Assembly: GCA_964522845.1 (NCBI GenBank)
Contig: CAZFZQ010000001.1
Location: forward strand, 6,559 to 69,414
Direction of reading: 5' to 3'
DNA from: an uncultured Gammaproteobacteria bacterium
Lineage (GTDB): Bacteria; Patescibacteriota; Patescibacteriia; GCA-002772895
DNA: 62,856 nucleotides
Position numbers and translations under genes: made by a program. Below the pieces are notes generated by a model. That model had not been told where the DNA came from. It worked only from the letters and a program-made list of their open reading frames with translations, and ran no database searches. Numbering within the stretch: the first letter of the stretch is position 1; every line of letters begins with the position of its first letter. This document shows, in pieces, positions 9,337 to 19,525 of this stretch.

Positions 9337-10518
9337 ATGGAAAGATTATTATTGATCAATCCGCCGGCAAAAGAAAAGATTATCAGAGATTATTATTGCG
9401 GCCACTTCGTGAAGGGGGACTATTTTTGGTCGCCAGTTGATTTAGTGATGTTGTCGCGCCTTGATGATTATGAAATTAAGGTTATTGATTTTATGGTGGA
9501 ATGCGATATTGATGCGGAATTAGAAAAAGCTAAAATGTTCCGCCCCAACGTAATTATCGGTATGGTTTGGGAAAAGATCTACAAAGAAGATGCTGATTTT
9601 TTAAAAAAATTGCAAGAATCAACCGGGGCTGAAAGACTGCTTTTCATCGGCGATGTAACAAAATTCAATTCGCCCAAATTGCAAGAGTTGGGCATAGAAA
9701 GCGATTTTGTAAAAAGTTTTTATCATCTTGAAAATGCCGGTTTGGGGAAATTTTCCTTGCCCAGACACCATCTTTTTCCTCTCGCGAAATATTCAATGCC
9801 TTATTCATTGAGGGGAAAAGTGGCCACGGTTTTAACAGCGTATGCCTGCCCCTTTAAATGTCGGTTTTGCAATTCAGGTTCGTATCCTTACGAGGAGAGG
9901 CCGCTTAGAGAAGTGATGGAAGAATTAAAGGAAATAAAAAAAATGGGAGTCAAAGAAATATATTTTCGCGATTTTACTTTTACGGCAAACGAAGAGAGAG
10001 TACGCGAATTATGTCGGATGATGATTGAAAAAAGGTTTGAGTTTGACTGGAGTTGTGATGGCCGGGTAAATGTATCTTTGGAAACGCTGGAGTTAATGAA
10101 GCGGGCGGGTTGTTATCTTATATTTTTTGGCGTGGAGACGGCGGACGATTGTCTTTTGCTTGAGATGCGCAAGGGGATTACAGTTGCGATGATCAAAGAC
10201 ACTTTTTTGCGGTGTAAAAAATTGGGCATCAAGGTTTTAGCCAGTTTTATTATTGGCCTTCCAAACTCAAACGACAGTGATCTTGAAAAAACTTTGGAGT
10301 TTGCCAAAAAATATTGTGACTACGCAAGTTTTAACGTTTTTGAAAATAGGGTTGGCGCCGATTTAAAATTTGATAAAGGATCGGTTGATCGGACAAGGGC
10401 GATAGAAAAAGAATTTTATTTCCGGCCGGGTTATATTTTCCGCCAGTTATTGTCAATCAAAACGATTTTTCAATTTAAAAATTTTATGAAAAACGGTTTC
10501 GCCATTTTTAAAAAGTAA
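9337..10518 (+). CDS. radical SAM protein with an N-terminal B12-binding-like domain
   Basis: Starts MERLLLINPP at the ATG at 9337, in frame with ORF 9280. Cluster CPFKCRFC (CxxxCxxC). GVETADD motif. Confidence 0.8.
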   Translation: MERLLLINPPAKEKIIRDYYCGHFVKGDYFWSPVDLVMLSRLDDYEIKVIDFMVECDIDAELEKAKMFRPNVIIGMVWEKIYKEDADFLKKLQESTGAERLLFIGDVTKFNSPKLQELGIESDFVKSFYHLENAGLGKFSLPRHHLFPLAKYSMPYSLRGKVATVLTAYACPFKCRFCNSGSYPYEERPLREVMEELKEIKKMGVKEIYFRDFTFTANEERVRELCRMMIEKRFEFDWSCDGRVNVSLETLELMKRAGCYLIFFGVETADDCLLLEMRKGITVAMIKDTFLRCKKLGIKVLASFIIGLPNSNDSDLEKTLEFAKKYCDYASFNVFENRVGADLKFDKGSVDRTRAIEKEFYFRPGYIFRQLLSIKTIFQFKNFMKNGFAIFKK

Positions 10519-10544
10519 ACATAAGAAAATTTAAAATTATATTT

Positions 10545-11237
10545 GTGGAAGATAAATTTTTTAGCAAAATAAAACACAGCACCATGCAAAAAACCCCGCA
10601 GTTTTATGAATTTTTGCGTTATGTTTTTGGTGCGGTTTTTGTGGGCAAGGATGTTGTGGGCGCAATAAAAGAAATACCTTTGAATAGCAAGATTATCAAT
10701 TTAGGATCCGGTGCCAAAAAAGTCAGAAAAGACGTGATAAACGTTGATATTTTTCCTTCAGCAAGAGTGGATGTGGTGGCGGATGCAAAAAATTTGCCGT
10801 TTGCCAATGATTCCATGGATGCGGCTATTGCTGAACAGCTTTTGGAACACGTTTCCGATCCGCAAAAAGTTGTTGATGAAATATACAGAGTCTTGAAACC
10901 TGGCGGCACGGTTTATATTAGCACGCCTTTTATGATTGGTTACCATTCCATGCCGAATGATTATTATCGCTGGACATTAGACGGGCTTAAAGAATTAATG
11001 AAAAACTTTAAAGAGTCGGAATCGGGGATGAGATGCGGTCCCACATCGGCGCTGGTGGCGATTTTAAGCGAGTGGCTGGCGTCATTTTTGTCTTTTGGCA
11101 TAAAATTTTTATATCAAATATTCTTGCCGGTTTTTATTCTTGTTTTGGCGCCGCTTAAAATTCTGGATTTTTTTATTTACAGATATAAAAGTTTTGATAA
11201 AATCGCGTTAGCTTTTTATTTTGTTGGTAAAAAATAA
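10545..11237 (+). CDS. class I SAM methyltransferase with a hydrophobic C-terminal tail
   Basis: INLGSGAKK, AEQLLEHV and LKPGG (Methyltransf_11-like), with ~50 hydrophobic aa at the C-terminus. GTG start; an alternative ATG lies at 10584. It is a paralog of 21490..22365. Confidence 0.75.
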   Translation: MEDKFFSKIKHSTMQKTPQFYEFLRYVFGAVFVGKDVVGAIKEIPLNSKIINLGSGAKKVRKDVINVDIFPSARVDVVADAKNLPFANDSMDAAIAEQLLEHVSDPQKVVDEIYRVLKPGGTVYISTPFMIGYHSMPNDYYRWTLDGLKELMKNFKESESGMRCGPTSALVAILSEWLASFLSFGIKFLYQIFLPVFILVLAPLKILDFFIYRYKSFDKIALAFYFVGKK

Positions 11238-11242
11238 GCTTT

Positions 11243-12661
11243 ATGAAAATATTATTAGTCACGCCGCCATACGACTTATGGAAACAAGGGTATGGCTCAA
11301 AAAGAATATTGAGGGCGGGATTTTTTCCGCCGCTGGGAATCGGTTATTTGGCCGCGCCCTTGCTTAAAAAAGGACATCAGATAAAAATAGTTGACGCCCC
11401 TCCTTTGGCTTACAAAAATGAAGACATCTTGCGCGAGGCGCTTCTGTTTAACGCCAACATTGTTGGAGTTTCATCGCTTACCGCTTCGGCCGCTGAGGCC
11501 TACGATTTGATAAAATTTTTAAAAGAAAAGATGCCCGGCGTTTCAATTATATTAGGAGGCATGCACGCCACTTGTTTTCCGGAAATGACTTTTGAAAAAG
11601 TTCCTAATCTGGACTGCTTGGTTTATGGAGAAGGGGAAAAAGCATTTGAAGAGATTGTGGAATCGATTGAACAGACTGGAAAAATTAGAGACGATATCTC
11701 AAGCACTTGGATGAAATTGCCTTCCGGCGAATTAAGAAAGAATCCGCCGGCCGAGCCCATCATGAATTTGGACGAGATATTGCCGCCGGCTTGGGAGCTT
11801 TATGACCATAAAATTTATCGTCCTTTGCCTTTGCAATATAAAAAGTGGCCGGTTGCCAATATTATTACTTCGCGGGGCTGCCCTTGGGGGCGGTGTACAT
11901 TTTGTTTTGAATCGGGCCGGGCGTCACAGAAATACAGGAGATGCAGCCCCCAAAGAGCCATAGAAGAAATAAAAACACTGGTTTTAAATTTTGGAATACA
12001 AGAAGTGACTTTTTGGGATGATAATTTTTTAATTAATGAGCAGTGGGTTAATGAATTTTGCGATTTATTGGATAAAGAAAAAATAGATATTCCTTGGTCG
12101 GCTTGCGCCCGCGTTAATACGGTAAGCAAGTCAATGCTGGAGCGTGCCAAAAAAGCTGGTTGTTGGTGTATTTTTTATGGATTTGAAACCGGAAACGCGG
12201 ATTTGCTTTTGAGGATAAAAAAAGGCGCGACTTTGGAGCAGGCGGAGCAAGCAGTCGGCTGGACGCACGGGCTTGAAATTGATACGCGCGGTTCGTTCAT
12301 GCTGGCTTTGCCCGGTGAGACGCCGGAAAAAGCCATGAACACCATTAAATTCGCCATTAAGCTTAATGTAACTTTTGCGCAATTTTTGAATACTTATCCG
12401 GAATGGGGAACGGAGCTTCATGACGACGCAATTAAAAGCGGAAAAATAATGCATTTATATAAAGGCAGAACAGCGGTAACTTACGTTCCCGATGGTTATA
12501 AAAATGCCGAGGAAGTCAGGATGATGCAAAAAAAAGCATACCATTTATTTTATTACAGGTGGTCATTTATTGCCAAACATTTGCAAAGATTGATAAAAAA
12601 TCCGCGGCTTATCAAACAATACTGGGATGGCATTAAATACGTTTTGGGAGTAAGCTCGTAA
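11243..12661 (+). CDS. B12-binding-domain radical SAM protein
   Basis: MKILLVTPPY at the N-terminus, cluster region SRGCPWGRCTFC, FWDDNF and FYGFETG motifs. Confidence 0.85.
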   Translation: MKILLVTPPYDLWKQGYGSKRILRAGFFPPLGIGYLAAPLLKKGHQIKIVDAPPLAYKNEDILREALLFNANIVGVSSLTASAAEAYDLIKFLKEKMPGVSIILGGMHATCFPEMTFEKVPNLDCLVYGEGEKAFEEIVESIEQTGKIRDDISSTWMKLPSGELRKNPPAEPIMNLDEILPPAWELYDHKIYRPLPLQYKKWPVANIITSRGCPWGRCTFCFESGRASQKYRRCSPQRAIEEIKTLVLNFGIQEVTFWDDNFLINEQWVNEFCDLLDKEKIDIPWSACARVNTVSKSMLERAKKAGCWCIFYGFETGNADLLLRIKKGATLEQAEQAVGWTHGLEIDTRGSFMLALPGETPEKAMNTIKFAIKLNVTFAQFLNTYPEWGTELHDDAIKSGKIMHLYKGRTAVTYVPDGYKNAEEVRMMQKKAYHLFYYRWSFIAKHLQRLIKNPRLIKQYWDGIKYVLGVSS

Positions 12662-12670
12662 AATTATCGT

Positions 12671-14368
12671 ATGAGGTTTTTAAAAAATAATTGGATTTTG
12701 ATATTGATTTTGGCCACGGCTTTTGTTTTGCGCTTTGTGGGCATTTTTTATGGCTACCCCCTGATTTTAGCTGGCGACGAAACCCCGACTCTGCTGGCGA
12801 GTTTGAAAATGATCGGAACGCATTCGTTACGAGCGGCCACGCCGGGCTATTATTATCCCGCGTTATTATCTTATATTTATTTGCCTTTTTTGGTTATTTT
12901 TTTGGGATTTGGGCGGTTGTTTGGACTTTTTTCTGATATTAAAGCAATGCAAGAAGCGGTATTTTTTAATTTAGGAATTTTTATTCCTGTTGTCAGATTT
13001 GTAAGCGTCTTTTTAGGGACACTATCCGTTTATCTTTCATATAAAATAACGCGCCTGCTGTTTAATGATAAAAAAACAGGTTTGCTCGCGGCTTTTTTTG
13101 TGACCATAAGTTATTTTAATGTAAGCAATGCTCATTTTGCGCAAACCTGGACGGCGCAAACTTTTTTTATCCTTTTGGCACTGTATTTTGCCATAAAATT
13201 TTATAAAAAGGATAATCCTGGGGCAAAGGATTATATTTTTGGAGGACTGATTGTCGGCGTTGCCTTCGGGATTAATTTTGTCGGTATTCTAAGTTATTTT
13301 TGGTTTGTTCTGGCGCATTTTTTGCGAAATAAAAAAGACGGCTTTGTAAAAATTTTTATCAAAAACAAAAGTTTTTGGCTGATGAATTTATTTTTACTGT
13401 TGACGATGATTTTAGTTTATTATTTAAATCCCTACGGATTGAATAATTATCTTTCGAGGATTATGTATCCGAGTGCGGATGCGGCGGTAGGAATCGGGAA
13501 CTCATCATATAAGCCTTTTAGTTTTAGTTTTTTAAAAGTTTTATGGTTTTATATAAAAAATACAGTGATACAAGAACCCGTTTTTTTTGCGCTGGCATTG
13601 GCGGGCAGTGTTTTTTTGTGGTTGCGAAATAAAATTATTTTTTATTTTTTGGTGTTATGGGCTATCCTCTATTATTTAATGATTTCGCCTTTAACGGGAG
13701 CAATGGGAAGGTACATATTACCCGTAGTTCCGCTAATGGCGATTATTACGGCCGGATTTATACAGGCAAGGTTTAGTGGTTTTTTAAATAAAAAAATTGT
13801 TTGGATATGTTTAATTATTATTTCTATCTATTCAATTTATTTTAGTATTTTATTTGATATAAGAATGCTAAAACAAGACACGCGTGTTTTGGCGAGAAAT
13901 TGGATTTTAGAAAATATTCCCTCCGGATCAATTATCAAAAACGAGTATTTCGGCGAAAGCTTGTATCTAATTGAGGATAAGCGGGGCATTAATTTGATAA
14001 AAGATAATCGGCCGGAATTGTTTTCTACAAAAAGAAAATATTTATTGAGTTTGTCGGACAAGGATTATCCGAAATCGAATTATTTTATCTCCGGCCTTTC
14101 TGACATTTCTCGGTTGGTGCCAAAATTTGATTATGTTATTTTGGCCGGTTTTGATAAAAATGATTTAAGCAAACAGGCGGAAGATTTGCCAAAAAACGCG
14201 GAATTGATTAAGGTTTTTTATCCGGTTAAAATTAAAGACAATTTATTACTTCAGCCTTCATTTAAAAAATTACAGTTTACCCCGGATAATTCTCAATTTA
14301 GGCCGTGGTTTCTTTTTGAGCAAGTGGATTATAATGGGCCTTATATAGAAATTTATAAATTGCGATAA
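12671..14368 (+). CDS. polytopic membrane protein, GT39/ArnT-like GT-C glycosyltransferase candidate
   Basis: 565 aa. The AGDETP acidic motif sits in the first loop. There are ~11 helices and a ~170-aa soluble C-terminus. Confidence 0.6.
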   Translation: MRFLKNNWILILILATAFVLRFVGIFYGYPLILAGDETPTLLASLKMIGTHSLRAATPGYYYPALLSYIYLPFLVIFLGFGRLFGLFSDIKAMQEAVFFNLGIFIPVVRFVSVFLGTLSVYLSYKITRLLFNDKKTGLLAAFFVTISYFNVSNAHFAQTWTAQTFFILLALYFAIKFYKKDNPGAKDYIFGGLIVGVAFGINFVGILSYFWFVLAHFLRNKKDGFVKIFIKNKSFWLMNLFLLLTMILVYYLNPYGLNNYLSRIMYPSADAAVGIGNSSYKPFSFSFLKVLWFYIKNTVIQEPVFFALALAGSVFLWLRNKIIFYFLVLWAILYYLMISPLTGAMGRYILPVVPLMAIITAGFIQARFSGFLNKKIVWICLIIISIYSIYFSILFDIRMLKQDTRVLARNWILENIPSGSIIKNEYFGESLYLIEDKRGINLIKDNRPELFSTKRKYLLSLSDKDYPKSNYFISGLSDISRLVPKFDYVILAGFDKNDLSKQAEDLPKNAELIKVFYPVKIKDNLLLQPSFKKLQFTPDNSQFRPWFLFEQVDYNGPYIEIYKLR

Positions 14369-14404
14369 TATTCATGCTTGCATAAAATCAAAATTTGGAT
14401 TAAT

Positions 14405-15577
14405 ATGAAATTACTTTTGGTAAATTACGAATTTCCACCGGTGGGAGGGGGTGCGGGGAGGGTAATGGAAAGCCTCGCCAGGGAATTTGCAAAAAAAAAT
14501 GAAGTAACGGTTTTTACGTCTTGGTATAAAGGTGAAAGAAGATTTGAAGATAAAGATGGATTTGAGATACGCAGGATTAATGTTTTTAGGAAAAGGAAGG
14601 ATTGTTGCGGTTTTTTTGGGATGTTTTTATTTTTAGCTTTAAGTATTTTTCCATTGATTAAATTAGTTAAAAAAAATAGACCGGATGTTATTGTTTGTCA
14701 TTTTGCCGCCCCCGTTGGGCCGCTGGGTTATGTGTTGTACAAATTATTCAAAATTCCCTATGTGATACACACCCATGGTGGTGACATTCCGGGGTTTATA
14801 CCCGAACAGACGGGAGTCGTGTTTTCTTATATAAAATGGTTGATGAAGCCGATATGGGATAACGCAAAAATAGTTATTAATAATAGTTGGGGCGCCGAAA
14901 ATTTGGCTAGAGAAAGTTTTCCTAACGCCAAATTGACACACATTAGAAATGGGATCGATTTGAAGGATTTTCAAAAAATTAAAAGTATTTATCATAGAAA
15001 TAATAATATTGATGATAAGTTGAGATTAATAACAATAGGCCGGATAGCGGTTCAAAAAGGACTCAAATATTTGATTGACGCCCTAAAAGATCTTAAAAAT
15101 AGGGGTAATTATAACATTGAGTGTATAATTATAGGCGATGGAGAGTTGCGGCAAGAGTTGGATAGACAAATTGAAAACGCCGGTTTGCAAGGGATTGTAG
15201 AAATAACGGGATGGCTCAACCACGATGAGGTTATTAGACGCCTGCTTGATTCGGATATATATGTTTCTCCCTCGATTAATGAGGGCATGTCCCTTGCTTT
15301 ATTAGAGGCGATGGCCTGCGATTTGCCGGTTGTTGTTACGGATGTTATAGGGAATAATGAAGTGGTTGAAGACGGTTTGACCGGTTTCTTGGTGCAAGCG
15401 CGCGACTCTGTTGCGATGGCAACTGCATTGCAAAAGTTAATTGAAAATTATGATTTGCAAAATAAATTTATTGATAATATACGAAAAAGTATAGAAAATT
15501 ATTCCTGGGAAATAATAGCGAAGGAACATCTTGTTTTATATGAAAATATCATCTTACGGAGCAATAACAAAGATTAA
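14405..15577 (+). CDS. GT4 (group 1) glycosyltransferase
   Basis: MKLLLVNYEFPPVGGGAG at the N-terminus. C-terminal region EGMSLALLEAMACDLPVVVTD...EDGLTGFLV. Confidence 0.85.
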   Translation: MKLLLVNYEFPPVGGGAGRVMESLAREFAKKNEVTVFTSWYKGERRFEDKDGFEIRRINVFRKRKDCCGFFGMFLFLALSIFPLIKLVKKNRPDVIVCHFAAPVGPLGYVLYKLFKIPYVIHTHGGDIPGFIPEQTGVVFSYIKWLMKPIWDNAKIVINNSWGAENLARESFPNAKLTHIRNGIDLKDFQKIKSIYHRNNNIDDKLRLITIGRIAVQKGLKYLIDALKDLKNRGNYNIECIIIGDGELRQELDRQIENAGLQGIVEITGWLNHDEVIRRLLDSDIYVSPSINEGMSLALLEAMACDLPVVVTDVIGNNEVVEDGLTGFLVQARDSVAMATALQKLIENYDLQNKFIDNIRKSIENYSWEIIAKEHLVLYENIILRSNNKD

Positions 15578-16706
15578 GAGCATAATTTTTTCTAATCGTT
15601 TGCAGGGTATTGGCGACTATGGATTAAGGGACGCATTGTTGGTTGCTTATAAAATTATTCAACTCAAGGGATTTGGGCCAATATTTTCGTATTTAAAATA
15701 TATTATTGTTCCAAAAGAATCGGTCGTGAAAACTTTGCCTTTTGAAATGGTTTGTTATGTTACGTCAAAGTGTAATCTGCAATGTTCTTATTGTTGTTTT
15801 GGCATATCAGAGCAGAGTTTATTGCGCCGAATGGATGGTTTCCAAGAAATTTTAGAAGGTCGTGATATGACGATTGATAATTTTAAGCGGTTGGCGGCGC
15901 TACCCGTCTTTAAAAATGCGGTAGCGTTGGTTTTGTCCGGCGGAGAGCCGCTTCTAAATGTTGATTTTTTTAAAATTGTTAATTATGCAAAAGATAAATT
16001 TCCGCTCATACATTTAACTACAAACGGAACACTGCTTGATATTTTTTTTGAAGAAATATTAAATTCCCCATTGACGCATATTAATATTAGTATGGATGCT
16101 TCCTCGCCGGAAGATTATGAAAAAATGAGACGATGCGATGGGGGGAGGGAGCTATTTAATAAGATTACCGAATCCGTTAAACGGCTGGTAAAAGAGAAAC
16201 AACGGCGAAAGAAAAATCTAAGAATATTATTATCTTTTGTTGTTGGCAAAATGAATTATAAGAAAATTGAAGAAATGGTTAAATTTAGTGAGAATGTGGG
16301 TGCGGATGCGATTAATTTGCAAAATGTCTGCGGATTTAATTGTAAAGAACTGTCTCGCGAGACACTGATGTCGGGAGATGAAGCTGTAAAAAAAGTAATA
16401 GGACAGATTAGGGCGCGGAACACAAAAATTCATATTATATATCCCAAGATCTGCTCATCTGATAAAAGCATCCGCGGATGTCGGCAATGCTTTGATGCTA
16501 TGACGGTAAATGCCGAAGGAGATGTTGGCCCCTGTTCCGTTATTGTACCACGCCGCAATTCCATATATGGTAATGTATTTGACGATACAAATATTTGGAA
16601 TAGCGAATTTTATCAAAAATTAAGGAAACCGCTTTTAGATAAGGATGCGCCGCTTGCTTCCAGCTATTGCGAGGACTGCACTTTTTTACATAGTGATTTT
16701 TTTTAA
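15540..16706 (+). CDS. radical SAM protein with a Cys-rich (SPASM/twitch-like) C-terminus
   Basis: CNLQCSYC cluster and a SGGEPLL motif. C-terminal CRQC...GDVGPC...YCEDC. Confidence 0.8.
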   Translation: MKISSYGAITKIKSIIFSNRLQGIGDYGLRDALLVAYKIIQLKGFGPIFSYLKYIIVPKESVVKTLPFEMVCYVTSKCNLQCSYCCFGISEQSLLRRMDGFQEILEGRDMTIDNFKRLAALPVFKNAVALVLSGGEPLLNVDFFKIVNYAKDKFPLIHLTTNGTLLDIFFEEILNSPLTHINISMDASSPEDYEKMRRCDGGRELFNKITESVKRLVKEKQRRKKNLRILLSFVVGKMNYKKIEEMVKFSENVGADAINLQNVCGFNCKELSRETLMSGDEAVKKVIGQIRARNTKIHIIYPKICSSDKSIRGCRQCFDAMTVNAEGDVGPCSVIVPRRNSIYGNVFDDTNIWNSEFYQKLRKPLLDKDAPLASSYCEDCTFLHSDFF

Positions 16707-16708
16707 AT

Positions 16709-17416
16709 ATGAGAAAAGTAGATTATGAAAATATTTGGCTGAAGAAGTGGGGCGATATGCAGCAATATGGCCCATTCCATAGACATAGGCGGAGAATAAT
16801 GAAAAAAATGCTGGAAGGATTAAGATTTGAGACTGTTTTGGATGCGGGCTGTGGCGAAGGATCAAATTTAAATTTTATTCGAATATTAAATGGGGGGGCA
16901 GAATTGACCGGATGCGATGTGTCGGAGCGGGCTTTGGTTTTGGCGCGAGAAAAGGCGCCATTTGCTGAATTTTATCTTTTTGATTGTGAAAAAGAAAAAT
17001 TAGAAAAATCATTTGATTTGGTCATCTCCAGTGACGTAATGGAACATTTGGAAAATGATGTCGCCGCAATTCAAAATTTATATGATATGACCGCAAGATA
17101 TTGTCTCATTGGAACAATCAGCGGCAGAATGCGTGATTTTGAGGCGGATATAGGGCATAAGAGAAATTATGCGATCGGTGAATTGGAGGAAAAAATGGGA
17201 AGAGCTGGTTTTAAGGTGTTGAAAAGAATTTATTGGGGCTGGCCGTTTTATTCGCCTCTTTATAGGAATTTTTTAAATCTTGGCGGTATTAATCAGTTAG
17301 CGGAAGGAAAGATGGGATTATTAAAAAAAATAGCGGCCATAGTATTGTTTATAATTTTTTTCTTGAATTCTTCGCAACGAGGGGATTCTGTCTTTGTTTT
17401 AGCAGAGAAAAGATAA
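16709..17416 (+). CDS. class I SAM-dependent methyltransferase
   Basis: VLDAGCGEGSN, SSDVMEHL, and a short hydrophobic C-terminal segment. Confidence 0.8.
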   Translation: MRKVDYENIWLKKWGDMQQYGPFHRHRRRIMKKMLEGLRFETVLDAGCGEGSNLNFIRILNGGAELTGCDVSERALVLAREKAPFAEFYLFDCEKEKLEKSFDLVISSDVMEHLENDVAAIQNLYDMTARYCLIGTISGRMRDFEADIGHKRNYAIGELEEKMGRAGFKVLKRIYWGWPFYSPLYRNFLNLGGINQLAEGKMGLLKKIAAIVLFIIFFLNSSQRGDSVFVLAEKR

Positions 17417-17422
17417 GTATTT

Positions 17423-18496
17423 ATGTCAATAATTAAAAAGGTTAAAACAGCTTGTAATTGCATTGCCAAACCGATAGCATCGGGAGTTTTGCCGATTAAA
17501 ATTCAAATTGAAACGGTTAATAATTGCAATCTACGGTGTATTTCTTGCTCGCGCGCCGATGCGGTTCGGACTCCGAAAATAATGGCTTACGAAAATTTTG
17601 TCCGTATCATTGATGAGATCGAGCCGATTTATATAACGCTTTCCGGTTTGGGAGAAAATTTATTAAATCCCAATCTTTGCCGCATGATACGGCATTGTAC
17701 CGATAAAAAAATTTTTGTAAGCTCTATTTCCAACGGCGTTATTTTGGATAAATATTATGCCGAATTATGCGATGCGGGACTTGATTTATTGAGCATTTCT
17801 TTGGACGCAACAGACAGGCAAACGTATTATAATATAAGAAGATTTGATGTTTTTGATCAAGTAACGCACAATGTGCGCCTTCTGACCGACTATAAAAAAA
17901 AGTATCATCTGGTGAAGCCGAAAATCAGGGCAAGTTTTTGTTTGCAGAAGAATAACATTAATCAGGTAAGTGGTTTTTTGTCCCTCTGCCGGCAACTGGG
18001 GGTTGATGAGGCACATTTTCAGCCCTTACTTTTAGCAAATGTAAATGAACGAAAGAGCGATCTCGCCTCAATGCTGACTAAGGATTTATTGCGGGAAAAA
18101 CTTACCTTAGCCGGAGAATTTGGAAAGACCTTGGGCATGGCGAATAATATTAATGAAATTTTAGATTATTTGGATATGTATTGGCGGCAATATGAATATA
18201 AGCCTGGTGATGTTATTAATAAATCAATATGCCTTAATCCCTGGTACGACGCTTTTATTGATGTTGAAGGAAATATAAAGCCTTGTTGCAATTTTAGCTG
18301 GAGGCCGCAAAGCGGTATAATGGGTAATGTTATAAACGAAGGTGTTGTTGCGTGTTTTAATAATAAGCAATATAAATGGTTCAGGGCTGCTATAAAAAGA
18401 GGGGAAAAACCATTTGAGGAATGTGAGGCCTGCAATCCCATAGACATCCGGCGTATTATAAGATGGGCAAGAAATGCTATTTATAATTTTTTTTAA
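17423..18496 (+). CDS. radical SAM/SPASM-domain protein
   Basis: CNLRCISC cluster and SGLGENLL. C-terminal C...GNIKPCC...GNV...CEAC pattern. Confidence 0.85.
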   Translation: MSIIKKVKTACNCIAKPIASGVLPIKIQIETVNNCNLRCISCSRADAVRTPKIMAYENFVRIIDEIEPIYITLSGLGENLLNPNLCRMIRHCTDKKIFVSSISNGVILDKYYAELCDAGLDLLSISLDATDRQTYYNIRRFDVFDQVTHNVRLLTDYKKKYHLVKPKIRASFCLQKNNINQVSGFLSLCRQLGVDEAHFQPLLLANVNERKSDLASMLTKDLLREKLTLAGEFGKTLGMANNINEILDYLDMYWRQYEYKPGDVINKSICLNPWYDAFIDVEGNIKPCCNFSWRPQSGIMGNVINEGVVACFNNKQYKWFRAAIKRGEKPFEECEACNPIDIRRIIRWARNAIYNFF

Positions 18497-18499
18497 TTT

Positions 18500-19501
18500 A
18501 TGCTGCAAGATATAAAACGCAATTATTATTTTAGTATTTTGGCAATGCGATTGCTTATGTTTCGGCCATTTGTCCGCAGTTTTCCATATAGATTTTTTTT
18601 AAAGCGGAAAATGGCGCGAGATATGGCGTATATGAAAAACAATCCCCCCATTTGCTGCATTGAACTTACCAATGCTTGCAATGCTAATTGTAAAATTTGT
18701 GTTAGAAATTCAATGACGCGCGCCATTGGCTTAATGTCCGATGAATTATACAAAAAGATAATTGACGAGCTATCTTCTTGGCCCACGAGTTATAAAGAGA
18801 TAGTTTTGGTTGGTTTTGGCGAAACCGCCTTGGATCCTAAATTGCCGGAAAAAGTCAAATATGCCAAAGAAAAAGGAATAAATAAGGTTCAAATGTTTTC
18901 CAATGGTTCTATGTTAAATCGCCCGCTGATTGATGCTCTAATATCCGCTGGTTTGGACGAAATTATTTTTTCCATTGATAGTATCAATCCCAAGAAATAC
19001 GAAGAGATTAGAAAATTGCATTTTAGCGCGGTACTGGAAAATCTTGAATATTTTATTGAAAAAAGCCGTGGAACAGGAACTTCCGTTTTAATAAATTCCG
19101 TCGCCTACTCCAAGGATTCGTTTTATGACATTAAGGATATATATAAAAAATATAGCGGACGCGTAAAGGATGTGCTTTTTAGCATGGCCACCAATTGGGG
19201 GGGGCTGAAGGATGGCCTTGATTATTCATTATTTAATAATTCTGTTTATACCGGTATTGGAAATCCACCCTGTCCGCATTTGTGGACTTTTTTGCCGATT
19301 CGCTGGAACGGCGACGTTTCTTTATGCTGCAATGATTTTGATTCAAAGGTATCAATTGGAAATCTTAATACGGAAAAATTAATAGATGTGTGGAATGGGG
19401 AGCGACTCGGGAAGTTGCGAAAAATGCATCTTGAAGGAACGGATAATCTTATATCCGTTTGTAAGGATTGTAATTTTTATCGCAATTGGTGGATGAGATA
19501 A
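18500..19501 (+). CDS. radical SAM/SPASM-domain protein
   Basis: CNANCKIC cluster and GFGETALD. C-terminal CPHLW...NGDVSLCCND...IGNL...CKDC. Confidence 0.85.
   Translation: MLQDIKRNYYFSILAMRLLMFRPFVRSFPYRFFLKRKMARDMAYMKNNPPICCIELTNACNANCKICVRNSMTRAIGLMSDELYKKIIDELSSWPTSYKEIVLVGFGETALDPKLPEKVKYAKEKGINKVQMFSNGSMLNRPLIDALISAGLDEIIFSIDSINPKKYEEIRKLHFSAVLENLEYFIEKSRGTGTSVLINSVAYSKDSFYDIKDIYKKYSGRVKDVLFSMATNWGGLKDGLDYSLFNNSVYTGIGNPPCPHLWTFLPIRWNGDVSLCCNDFDSKVSIGNLNTEKLIDVWNGERLGKLRKMHLEGTDNLISVCKDCNFYRNWWMR
19197..19204 (+). repeat. G8 homopolymer inside a radical SAM CDS
   Basis: aat tgg ggg ggg ctg. This is one of three G8 runs in an AT-rich window. Confidence 0.9.
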
Positions 19502-19525
19502 TGCAAAAAAGTTATTGGTTTTTTT

